Source: Candidatus Cloacimonadales bacterium (GTDB lineage: Bacteria; Cloacimonadota; Cloacimonadia; Cloacimonadales; JAFGVF01). Taken from it: 64,000 bases of DNA. Of the stretch, positions 28,398 through 38,700 are shown one piece after another. Numbering within the stretch: position 1 is the first letter of the stretch; each line of letters begins with the position of its first letter. The DNA lies in NCBI GenBank assembly GCA_963663475.2, contig CAXXJV010000001.1:1152001-1216000 (forward strand). Direction: 5' to 3'. Below the pieces are notes generated by a model. It made no database searches. It was given only the letters and a program-made list of their open reading frames with translations, and was not told the DNA's origin. Made by a program: the position numbers and the translations under genes.

Positions 28398-29695
28398 TGA
28401 AACACATTAAGTCTTATGATCCTGAATTATTTGAAGCTATGAATGATGAATTAATTCGTCAAACCGAAAACTTAGAGTTAATCGCTTCTGAGAACTTTAC
28501 CTCTATGGCTGTTCTTGAAGCTCAAGGTTCTGTTTTAACAAATAAATACGCTGAAGGATATCCTTATAGAGTATCTAAAAAAACTGGTAAAAGATCCTAT
28601 AAACTTTACGGCCGTTATTATGGCGGTTGTGAAAATGTAGATATTGTTGAAAAACTAGCTATTGAAAGAGCTAAAGAACTTTTTGGTGCTGACCATGCTA
28701 ATGTTCAACCTCATTCTGGTTCTCAAGCTAATATGGGAGCTTATTTTTCTGTCCTAAAACCAGGAGATACTATTCTTACTCTTGAATTATCTCATGGTGG
28801 TCACTTGACTCATGGTCATCCTCTCTCATTCTCTGGACAGCTTTATAATGTTGTTCATTATACTGTAGATCAAAAAACTGAAATGTTTGACTATGATCAA
28901 ATCAGAAAATTAGCCTTAGAACATAAACCAGCTCTTATCGTGACTGGCGCTTCTGCTTATCCAAGAAAAATTGATTTCCAAAAATTCAGAGATATCTGTG
29001 ATGAAGTCGGTGCTAAATTTATGGTAGATATGGCCCATATCGCTGGTCTTGTCGCAGCAGGTGTTCACGATAATCCTGTTCCTTATGCTGACTTGGTTAC
29101 TACTACTACTCATAAAACATTAAGAGGACCACGTTCTGGTCTAATTCTCTGTAAAGAAGAATATGCAGCTGCTGTTGATGCTAATGTTTTCCCTGGTATT
29201 CAAGGTGGACCACTAGAACATGTTATCGCAGCTAAAGCTGTTGCTTTCAAAGAAGCTTTATCACCAGAATTTAAAACTTACCAACAACAAGTTGTTAAAA
29301 ATGCTGCTAGATTAGCTGAAGAACTAAAAAATAACGGTTTTGAATTAGTCTCAGGTGGCACAGACAACCATCTGCTTCTTATTAATCTTGGTGATAAAGA
29401 CTCAGATAACCCTTCTGGAAAAGCTATGGAAGGTGCATTAGATAAAGCAGGTATCACTGCCAATAAAAATACTGTACCTTTTGATACTCGCTCTCCTTTC
29501 GTTGCTTCTGGCATCAGAATTGGTACTCCTGCAGTTACTACTCGTGGTATGAAGGAAGATGATATGAAAGCTATTGCTGATTTTATCAAAAGAGTATATG
29601 ATAACCATAAAGATGAAGAGATGCTCGCAGAAATTAAAAAAGAAGTAAAAGAATTTACTTCAAAATTTCCACTCTACCCTGAACTGTTAAAATAA
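28397..29695 (+). CDS. glyA: serine hydroxymethyltransferase
   Basis: [49 protein letters not shown]. Confidence 0.98.
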   Translation: MKHIKSYDPELFEAMNDELIRQTENLELIASENFTSMAVLEAQGSVLTNKYAEGYPYRVSKKTGKRSYKLYGRYYGGCENVDIVEKLAIERAKELFGADHANVQPHSGSQANMGAYFSVLKPGDTILTLELSHGGHLTHGHPLSFSGQLYNVVHYTVDQKTEMFDYDQIRKLALEHKPALIVTGASAYPRKIDFQKFRDICDEVGAKFMVDMAHIAGLVAAGVHDNPVPYADLVTTTTHKTLRGPRSGLILCKEEYAAAVDANVFPGIQGGPLEHVIAAKAVAFKEALSPEFKTYQQQVVKNAARLAEELKNNGFELVSGGTDNHLLLINLGDKDSDNPSGKAMEGALDKAGITANKNTVPFDTRSPFVASGIRIGTPAVTTRGMKEDDMKAIADFIKRVYDNHKDEEMLAEIKKEVKEFTSKFPLYPELLK

Positions 29696-29714
29696 TTATC
29701 AAAAAATTACTAGA

Positions 29715-29745
29715 AAAGAGCAGGTTTTTTGACCTGCTCTTTCTT
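29715..29745 (+). terminator. intrinsic terminator after glyA
   Basis: aaagagcaggt...acctgctcttt followed by ctt. Confidence 0.85.
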
Positions 29746-29779
29746 ATTTAAATAAATATTTTTTTACTGAATTAAAGTT

Positions 29780-29796
29780 TGGAACGCATCTTGCAT
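29780..29796 (+). promoter_or_regulatory. sigma-54 (-24/-12) promoter
   Basis: TGGAACG-CATC-TTGCA versus consensus TGGCACG-N4-TTGCW; exact GG-N10-GC spacing. Confidence 0.75.
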
Positions 29797-29805
29797 ATTA
29801 ATATA

Positions 29806-29938
29806 TTAGTTTTCAGAGTTAGTCACTCGAAAATCTTTAGCATTCTCCCCGGATGCTAAATTCTCTCAAATGTGCTTAGTGTGGGATTTACAGTTAAAGA
29901 TAGTGTGGTGGTATCTTTAATGTGTAAATCCCTTTTTT
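29806..29938 (+). ncRNA. candidate sigma-54-dependent small RNA
   Basis: Begins ~12 nt after the -12 GC; three consecutive hairpins (29810-29833; 29836-29860 with UCCCC loop; 29883-29932) ending in T6. Confidence 0.6.
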
Positions 29939-30339
29939 ATTATTATCCATATCTGATTTCTAATTGATGTAACTATCATAAATATAAAGAATTAAGTATC
30001 TTCTATTGCTGGTTGATAAATCACCTTTATACTATTAATAATTGCAGAGAACTTTTCATATTAATCTTCTTATGTAACTTGTATTAATCAGAACAATTTT
30101 TGCCAAAGATTTTTTACAAATAAACCACCTATCATGACTAAAATTATTAACTGTGTACTGTGTAAACATAGTAGATGATTGTATCATGTGTTTACTAAAC
30201 TATGTTTACTCTTGTCTCTTTTGGATAAAACAAAGATATTAATCGATATAAAAATATTTAAAAAATGCAGAAATAAACTTTCCCTCTAATTGAGTATAAA
30301 AAAAATAACAAAAAAAATGCAAAAAAAGAAATTTTGCTA

Positions 30340-30369
30340 TTGACAGAATTTTTTAATAGTTAGTAAAAT
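30340..30369 (+). promoter_or_regulatory. sigma-70-type promoter of the first adhesin gene
   Basis: TTGACA-N18-TAAAAT, about 50 nt before the ATG. Confidence 0.5.
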
Positions 30370-30417
30370 GACACTGTAAAGATAAACACATAAAACTAAG
30401 TCAAAGGAGAATATATT

Positions 30418-33400
30418 ATGAAGAAAAAGATGCTAACCTTAGTAGCTTTCTTAGTCGCTATTACCTCCATTTTTGCAGTATATGTAGAAATAGGAGATGG
30501 AGACACCACTACAAACTATATCCCTGCTTATGGGTATTATGATTATAGTTGGTCAAATTATATTTTAACTTCCGAGCAAATCGGAGACGCAATTGATATT
30601 AACGAAATTCAATTCAACGTTGGTAACACTCCAGCTAACTATGCTATGGAAAACCAACAACTTTATATGAAACTAACTACAGATACTGAAGTAGCTGTGG
30701 CTTATCCTGATCCTGAAAATAATGACTTTACTTTAGTCTTTAGTGGCTCAGTTACTTGGGATGGTGGCGGATGGCAAGGTGTAATCCTTGATACAGACTT
30801 CGCTTATGATGGTACATCAAACCTTCAAATAGTATGGGTAAATAATGACGGAAGTTATACCAACGGTTATCCAAACTTTTTAAAGACAGACACTGGAATC
30901 AATACTGCTGCCTACAAATATGCTGATGGTACTTTCCCTATAGTGGATGGAACTTCTGCTACTTACTATCCTAACACACGCTTAGGTTATACAGCTGAAG
31001 GTGCTCCTGGTTATCCAGTTCTTGTATCTCCAGTTAATAACTCTCTTAACAATGAACTTGATACTGAATTAGTTTGGACAAACGGTGAAAACACTGAATT
31101 CATCGATGTATATTTTTCTACTAATGAAGAAGATGTAGAAAATAATGAAGCTACTGCTCTTGTAGTTGACGGCCAATTAGTAAGCTCATTTGCTCCAACC
31201 TTAGAAAATGCAAGTGTTTATTACTGGAAGGTTGTTGCTTCTAACTCAACTTCAGAAATTGTGGTTGAATCAAATGTTTATGTGTTCTCAACAACTTATG
31301 GTTTAGCTGAAGTTCCTTATTCTCAAGGATTTGAAGATGTGGTTGCCCCTTCTTTACCTCTTGGCTGGATGGCATATCATGAAGGTACATCAAATTATTC
31401 ATATGTTGATGTACTTGCAGGTCAAGCTTATGAAGGCGCTAATGCATTAAGAATTGGCAACAGCTCTGATGCTGAAGGTACTTATATTGCTGTTTTACCT
31501 CAAATTGAAAATATGGGTAACAGAATGAAGTTCTGGGCAAAATGTAGCAACGACCAAGCTCAAATCATGGTTGGTTACTTGACTGATGTATCTGACCCTG
31601 CTACTTTTACTGAAATTCAAACTGTTACAGTTGCTCCTGATTATGCTTACTCTGAGCATATTGTAGAATTAGAATTACCAAGAACCGTTAGATATCTTGC
31701 TTTCAAACATGCTAATGTTGGAACATATCATACTATCTATATTGATAATGTTATGATTGAAGAAATTCCTGAAAATGAACCTACTCCAGCAACTCTTTTA
31801 ACTCCTATCGATGGGGCTACTGATGTTGCAATGAATGCTGAATTAACATGGGAATATGGCATGAATACCGTTGCTGTTAACCTTTATCTATCTGATGATA
31901 TGGCTGACGTGGCTGATCTAGTAGCAGAAGCTATGGTTGTTGAAAATCAAGATATTACCTCATATACCGCTGATTTAGCTGAATGGACTACTTATTACTG
32001 GAGAGTTGGTTCACTTAACTCTACCGGTTATGAAGTTTTAAGCTCTATCAATTCTTTCACAACTGCTACTCCTGAAGGAACTATCCAAATTGGATCAGGT
32101 GCAGAAACAAATCAAGGTATGCCAATTGAACCTTTCTATGGTTATACTTATACACAAACAATCTACTCTCAAACTGATATTGACCTAGCTGGTGATATTC
32201 AAACTATCGCATGGCATTATAATGGTAATACTGCTTGGGGTCCAGATGATGTTAAAATCTATATGGCTCATACTAGTCTTGAAGCTTTCGATTCTACTGT
32301 AAGTTGGCTTGCTGCAGAAGACTTAACCCTTGTTTATGATGGAACTCTTTCTGTTCCTGCAGTTGATGGCTGGGTTCCTCTTACATTAGATACAGCATTT
32401 AGTTATAACAATACTGATAATCTTGTTATTGCTGTTGAAGAAAATACTCAAGGTTATCACGGTTCAGGTGATGAATTCTATAACACTGCTACAGAAGCTA
32501 ATGTCTCAATTACTTATAGAAACGACTCAACAGATCCAGATCCTGTAAGCCCTCCTGAAGGAACTTTAAAGGCTTATTATCCTAACCTAGTTCTAGTTAT
32601 GGAAGCTGGTGAAACTCCAATAGAATACCCAGCTCCAACCAACTTAATTGCTGAAATTGAAAATGAGAATGATGTTCACTTAACTTGGAATATGCCAATT
32701 CTTCCTGAAGAAGAAGGCCAATGGTTATGGCATGGTTCTGGTGTTTATGATGATGGTTTTGGTACTGGTACAGCCTTCTCTTATACTGGTGTTGTTAGAT
32801 ACGATGCTACAGATTTAGAGAATTATGGTGGATCAAATTTAACACAAGTTAAATTCTACCCTCGTAATGACCAGGCTACTTATACTTTGAAAGTATGGAC
32901 TGGTGGCTCATATGATGGTTCTACATTTGTTCCTGGAACAGAAGTAGTTTCTCAAACAATAGATACAATCGAAACTTTCTCTTGGAATTTAGTTGAAGTT
33001 GATACTGATGTTACCTTAGCTGCTGGTGAAGAACTTTGGATTGGTATTGAAACTGTTACTCCTAATGGCTATCCTTTAGGTGTTGATGCTGGTCCTGCTG
33101 TTACAGGCAAAGGTGATTTAATCTTCTTTAATAATAGTTGGAATTTAATTTCTAATCTTAACAATGATAAAAACTTCCTCATTCAAGCTTATGTTGAGGG
33201 AGCAAGAATTAACTATAGAGACCCTCTTGAAATAACTGCTTATAACATTTATCGTAATGATACAGTTATTCAATCTATTGCTGATGCAAATGATACTACT
33301 TGGGTAAATACTAATGTCCCAAGTGGTGTATGGGAATACAAGGTAACTGCTCTTTATGGAACAGAAATGTCTGAACCTTCAAATGTTGTAATTGTGGATA

Positions 33401-35445
33401 CAACACCTCCTGTATATAACCCTCCAACAAACTTCACAGCTGTTATTGTTGATGAATTTGATGTCCAAATTAACTGGGATGCTCCAGCTGCTAGAAATAG
33501 ATCTAATGCTCGTGCTGAATCTATGTTCGGACTTGCAAGTAGAGAAGAAATATCTAGAAACTTAATTGGCTATACTCTTTACCGCGATGATGCTATACTA
33601 GCAGAAGTTGGTACAGATGTTATGTCTTATTTAGATGAAGACCTTGATTATGGTACTTATCAATATAAAGCAGTTGCTAACTATGATGCAGCCGATTCTG
33701 ATCCAACTCCAGTTGTGACAGTAGTTATTGAAGAAGTAGAAGAAATACTTCCTCCAGAAAACTTAACAGCTTCAGTAAATGAAGATGATATTACTTTAAA
33801 CTGGTTAGCTCCAGGAGATACACCTGAAACAATGAATGAAAGTTTCGAAAATGGCTTCCCTCCAACAGGTTGGTCTGTAGATGTTACTAACACTACTGAG
33901 TCATGGGCTCAATACGAGACAGTATCATTCTCTTCTGGTGATATTGTTCCTACTGATGGAACTTATCAAGCTGGTGTTATGTGGGATTATGGTGCTCAAG
34001 ATGAATGGTTGATGACTGGTGAAATGACTGGCCTTACTGGTCTTACATTTGATTTCTATGGCCAATATGGTTCAGAATATGGTGATAACTATTATGTGAA
34101 AGTCTCTACAGATGGTGGAACAAACTGGACTCCTGTCTGGAATGCTTCAGATTTACCAGCTGGAGAAAACTATTATGAAACACCTGTTTCAATAGATTTA
34201 TCTACTTATGCTACCATGCCTATCCATGTTGCCTGGAACTTCGTTGACGGAGATGGCCAAGGTCTCTGGTATGCTACCTATATTGATAATATAATGTTTG
34301 AAACTTCTGTAGCTACTAGAACTATTAGAGGTCAAGAACTTGTAAGCTTTAGTAAAGCTTTACCTGCTCCTCAAGTTAGAAATAACAGAGATCTTACAGG
34401 TTATAAAGTCTATAGAGATGGAACTGAAATAGCTAGTGTAGCTGCTGATGTTCTTACATATCTTGATGCTGACTTAGAAAATGCTACTTACGAATATTAT
34501 GTAACAGCAATGTATGGTGACCAAGAATCAGAAGCTTCAAATACTGTTTCTGCAACAGTTAATGTTACTATTCCTGGTGATTATCTCATAGAAGATGGTT
34601 TTGAAACATATACAGACTTCGCTTTAGAAGCTGCTCCATGGACTTTAATTGATGGCGACCTTTCAGGTACTTACTCAATTACTAACACTACTTGGGCAAA
34701 TGCTGAAGCTCCTCAAGCTTATATTGTTTTCAATCCTTCAACAACTACTCCTCCATTAACAGATGCTGCATATGCTGCTCATGAAGGTGATAAATATATG
34801 GCTGCTTTTGCTTCAACTACACCTGCTAACAACGATTGGATGATTACTCCTGAATTTACTTTAGGTGACTCTGGTACTTTCCACTTCATGGGTAAATCAA
34901 TCACTGATCAGTATGGTCTTGAAAGATTCAATGTTCTAGTTTCTACTGGTTCAACTAATCCTAATGACTTTACTTCTATCTCAGGTGATACTTATGTAAC
35001 TGCTCCTACAAGTTGGACTCAATTCTCTTATAGTTTAGATGATTATGCTAACCAAAATATTAGAGTTGCTATCCAATGTGTATCACATGATGCATTCATC
35101 TTCATGGTTGATCAGGTTCAGATTGAAGCTCCTGGTGGAACTCCTAATAATCCTGAAGTTACTCCTGTAATTTCTCAACTCATTGGTAACTACCCTAACC
35201 CATTCAACCCTGAAACAAGTATTGCTTTCTCAACAAAAGAAAATGGTCCTGTATCTATTGATATCTACAATGTTAGAGGTCAAAAAGTAAGATCACTTCT
35301 TAATGAAAATAAAGAAGCAGGAAACCACACTGTTGTTTGGAATGGTAAAGATGATAATGGTAAGAATGTTGCTTCTGGTGTATTCTTCTACAGAATGAAA
35401 TCAGGAAAATATTCTTCAACCAAGAAAATGATTCTTATGAAATAG
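30418..35445 (+). CDS. large secreted protein with FN3-like and cleaved-adhesin-like domains and FlgD-Ig CTD
   Basis: Signal peptide; YYWKV/YYWRV FN3-like repeats; NLTA..V....LNW.AP / GYKVYRDG..YYVTA.Y modules; [36 protein letters not shown]...KKMILMK. Confidence 0.88.
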   Translation: MKKKMLTLVAFLVAITSIFAVYVEIGDGDTTTNYIPAYGYYDYSWSNYILTSEQIGDAIDINEIQFNVGNTPANYAMENQQLYMKLTTDTEVAVAYPDPENNDFTLVFSGSVTWDGGGWQGVILDTDFAYDGTSNLQIVWVNNDGSYTNGYPNFLKTDTGINTAAYKYADGTFPIVDGTSATYYPNTRLGYTAEGAPGYPVLVSPVNNSLNNELDTELVWTNGENTEFIDVYFSTNEEDVENNEATALVVDGQLVSSFAPTLENASVYYWKVVASNSTSEIVVESNVYVFSTTYGLAEVPYSQGFEDVVAPSLPLGWMAYHEGTSNYSYVDVLAGQAYEGANALRIGNSSDAEGTYIAVLPQIENMGNRMKFWAKCSNDQAQIMVGYLTDVSDPATFTEIQTVTVAPDYAYSEHIVELELPRTVRYLAFKHANVGTYHTIYIDNVMIEEIPENEPTPATLLTPIDGATDVAMNAELTWEYGMNTVAVNLYLSDDMADVADLVAEAMVVENQDITSYTADLAEWTTYYWRVGSLNSTGYEVLSSINSFTTATPEGTIQIGSGAETNQGMPIEPFYGYTYTQTIYSQTDIDLAGDIQTIAWHYNGNTAWGPDDVKIYMAHTSLEAFDSTVSWLAAEDLTLVYDGTLSVPAVDGWVPLTLDTAFSYNNTDNLVIAVEENTQGYHGSGDEFYNTATEANVSITYRNDSTDPDPVSPPEGTLKAYYPNLVLVMEAGETPIEYPAPTNLIAEIENENDVHLTWNMPILPEEEGQWLWHGSGVYDDGFGTGTAFSYTGVVRYDATDLENYGGSNLTQVKFYPRNDQATYTLKVWTGGSYDGSTFVPGTEVVSQTIDTIETFSWNLVEVDTDVTLAAGEELWIGIETVTPNGYPLGVDAGPAVTGKGDLIFFNNSWNLISNLNNDKNFLIQAYVEGARINYRDPLEITAYNIYRNDTVIQSIADANDTTWVNTNVPSGVWEYKVTALYGTEMSEPSNVVIVDTTPPVYNPPTNFTAVIVDEFDVQINWDAPAARNRSNARAESMFGLASREEISRNLIGYTLYRDDAILAEVGTDVMSYLDEDLDYGTYQYKAVANYDAADSDPTPVVTVVIEEVEEILPPENLTASVNEDDITLNWLAPGDTPETMNESFENGFPPTGWSVDVTNTTESWAQYETVSFSSGDIVPTDGTYQAGVMWDYGAQDEWLMTGEMTGLTGLTFDFYGQYGSEYGDNYYVKVSTDGGTNWTPVWNASDLPAGENYYETPVSIDLSTYATMPIHVAWNFVDGDGQGLWYATYIDNIMFETSVATRTIRGQELVSFSKALPAPQVRNNRDLTGYKVYRDGTEIASVAADVLTYLDADLENATYEYYVTAMYGDQESEASNTVSATVNVTIPGDYLIEDGFETYTDFALEAAPWTLIDGDLSGTYSITNTTWANAEAPQAYIVFNPSTTTPPLTDAAYAAHEGDKYMAAFASTTPANNDWMITPEFTLGDSGTFHFMGKSITDQYGLERFNVLVSTGSTNPNDFTSISGDTYVTAPTSWTQFSYSLDDYANQNIRVAIQCVSHDAFIFMVDQVQIEAPGGTPNNPEVTPVISQLIGNYPNPFNPETSIAFSTKENGPVSIDIYNVRGQKVRSLLNENKEAGNHTVVWNGKDDNGKNVASGVFFYRMKSGKYSSTKKMILMK

Positions 35446-35496
35446 TATTACTGGTAAAGCTTGCATTTAGTAAGCAAACCTGTAATAGAAATATAT

Positions 35497-35520
35497 AAGC
35501 CCTGCGAAAGCAGGGCTTTT
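35497..35520 (+). terminator. intrinsic terminator
   Basis: aagccctgc-gaaa-gcagggctt followed by tt. Confidence 0.88.
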
Positions 35521-35767
35521 CAATTATCTGGGATTATCAGGAACATCTTAACTGACATTAAGGGTATTGAAGAAAAAAACAAAAAATAAATGTTAAGACA
35601 TTAAATGGCTTAATCTTCTGTTATATAATAATATATAAAGTTATACCTAAGGTATTTAAAAATGACTAAAAGAAGTAATCATTGACATTATTACTGGCCT
35701 TTCCAATATTGACTTACATGCTAACCTTGGCTATAGAAGCCAACAAAATTATCTAAGGAGAAAAAGT

Positions 35768-38700
35768 ATGAAAAAAACTATGCTTATGCTAGTGTTGATG
35801 ATTTTAACTATTACATCTTCATTCGCCGTTTTCGTAGAAATCGGTGAAGGTGGATCAACCTCAAATTATATACCATTTTATGGTTTATTTGATTATAGTT
35901 GGTCATCATTTATAATTGATGGAGAGGATATTGGTTCTGCTATAGAAATCAATGAAATCCAATTTAACATTTCTAATACACCAAGTAATTATGAAATGAT
36001 TGATCAAAAAGTTTATATTAGACATACTACTGAAACTGAAGTTTCATTAGCTTATCCAAATCCTGAAACCAATGGTTATACCTTAATTTATGATGGTCCA
36101 ACTACATGGAATCAATCAGGATGGCAAGGTATTACTCTTGATCAAACTTTCGCTTATGATGGCACTTCAAACTTAGAAATTGTTTGGGAAAATCATGACG
36201 GAACATATGTGAGTGGTTATCCTATATTCGTTACTACTCCAACCGAAACTAATGTATCTTGTTACAAATATGCTGATGACGACTTCCCAACTGAAATAGG
36301 AACTCATCAAACTTTATATCCAAATATAAGATTAGGTTATGCAATGGAGGGATCTCCTGCTCTTCCTGTTTTAGTAAATCCTGCTAATGATTCATTTGGT
36401 AATGCAACTGAACTTACACTTGAATGGCAAATCGATGAAAACACTACTGATGTAGATGTTTACCTTTCAACTTTAAGAGCTGATGTTGTTAATGAAGTGG
36501 AATCTGCTAGAGTAGTTTCAGGTCAGTTAGTTGAATCTTTTGCAACAAGCTTAAATAGCGGATCAAGTTATTTCTGGAAAGTAATAGCAAATAATACTTC
36601 TCTTGACATCAGTGTTAGTTCACCAGTGTGGCAATTTGCTACAGAACTAGGTGAAATTACATTACCTTACTCAAACGATTTCGAAGAGTTAACACTTGCC
36701 GAAACTTTACCTTTAGGCTGGTCATCTTTCTTTAGCTCTACTAGTGAATATGCTCAAGTAGGTGCTTATGCTGATGCTGCTTATGATAGTGAAATGGGTA
36801 TTAGGTTATATAACAGTGATGATCTTTCAGCTGAACTTATAATTGTTACTCCTCAAATTGAAACTAGTGGTGCTAGAATCAATATGATGGCTAAAGTTAC
36901 TTCAGCTAGTGAAGGGGATCTTCTACTTGGTTATCTTACTGATATCAATGATTCTTCTACTTTCACATTGATAGAAGCTGTAGATTTAACAAGTGAATTC
37001 GCTAACTATAGAATTGCTCTTCCTGATGGCGAAAATTATCTTGCGTTTAAACATGCAGTTACTGGAACCTATAAAAATATCTATCTTGATGATGTAATTA
37101 TTGAAATGACTCCAGCAAATGAACCTGTGGCAGCAACTTTAGTTGCTCCAGAAAATACCCAGACAAATGTTGCTGTTGATACAGAATTAGAATGGGTTAA
37201 TAATGAAAATACTTCTACTGTAGATGTTTATTTATCAGAAAATCTATCTGATGTCGAAGATAAATTAGCTTCTGCCAAAGTTGTGGATAATCAGAATGTT
37301 ACTACTTATTCAACAGATTTAGAGACTTTTAAAAGTTATTATTGGATGGTAGTTGCTAAAAATGCTGATGGTCTTACTGTTGATTCTGAGATTTATAGTT
37401 TTACTACTGCTCTTGAAGAAGGATTAATCTTATCTGGATATGGTGTTGCAACTTCTGGTAACTTGCCTATCAATCCTTTCTTTGGTTATACATATTCCCA
37501 GGTTATCTATGCTGCGGATTTATTTGATGGACAAACTGGAGCAATTGAAAGTATTGCTTATGAATATAACGGAAATTCAGCTTTTACTGATGATATAGTT
37601 ATTTATTTAGCTACAACTTCATTAGATTCATTCACTGAAACTACCGATTGGTTACCTGCTTCTGAATTAACTGAAGTATATAATGGTAGTCTAACTACTA
37701 CTGAGGAAGCTGGATGGATTACTATCACATTTGATACACCTTTCAATTATGATGGTTCTGCTAATTTAGTAGTTGCTGTTGAAGAAAACACTGATGGTTA
37801 TCATGGTAATAGTGATAAATTCTTTGGCTATGAAACTGCTGTTAACGTAGCTTTAAGACACACTAGTGATTCTGTTAATGCTGAACCTACTGACCCTCCT
37901 GCTGGTTCTTTAGTGTCTTACCAACCAAATACTATTTTTGCTTTTGGTCAAGAAGTTACTCCACTTCCTGTAGTTACTGATTTAGCCGCTTCTGTAGTTG
38001 AAAATGATGTAACTCTTACATGGACTGCTCCTGAAGCAGGTGAAAACACTATCGTAGAATATCAAATCTTCAAAGATAACAGCCAAATAGCTACTAGTGA
38101 AGATTTAACCTATACTGATGCTGATTTAGCTGATGGAACTTATGAATATGGTGTAAAAGTTGTTTATTCTGAAGGTACTTCTGCAATGTCAAATCTTGTA
38201 GAAGCTACTATCTCAACTACTCCTATCGAAGTTGAAGCTCCTCTTAACTTAACAGCTAGTGTATCAGGTCAAGATGTTACCCTAAACTGGTTAGCACCTG
38301 GAACAGAAATCCCTGATGAAATTACTGAAGGCTTTGAAGAATCATTCCCTCCAACAGGTTGGTCTGTACAAGCCACTAACACTACTTCTTCTTGGGAACA
38401 GTTTGAAACTGTAGCTTTTGAAACTGGTGATGTAGCTCCAACTGAAGGTTCTTACCAAGCTGGTGTTCAATGGGATTATTCAGCTCAAGATGAATGGTTA
38501 GTTACTTCTGAAATTTCTAATGTTACTGATTTAACATTTGATTATTATGGTTCTTTAGGTTCTACTTATGGTGATAACTACTATGTGAAAGTATCTACTG
38601 ATGGTGGTAACAACTGGACTCCTATCTGGAATGCTTCTGATTTTGCTGAAGGCAATAATTATTATGAAACACCTATCTCTATTGACTTATCTGCTTATGC

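Noticed and set aside
29870-29920. 16-aa ORF MCLVWDLQLKIVWWYL inside the candidate sRNA
   Set aside because: No RBS at proper spacing and mostly buried in the terminator stem; not excluded but unsupported
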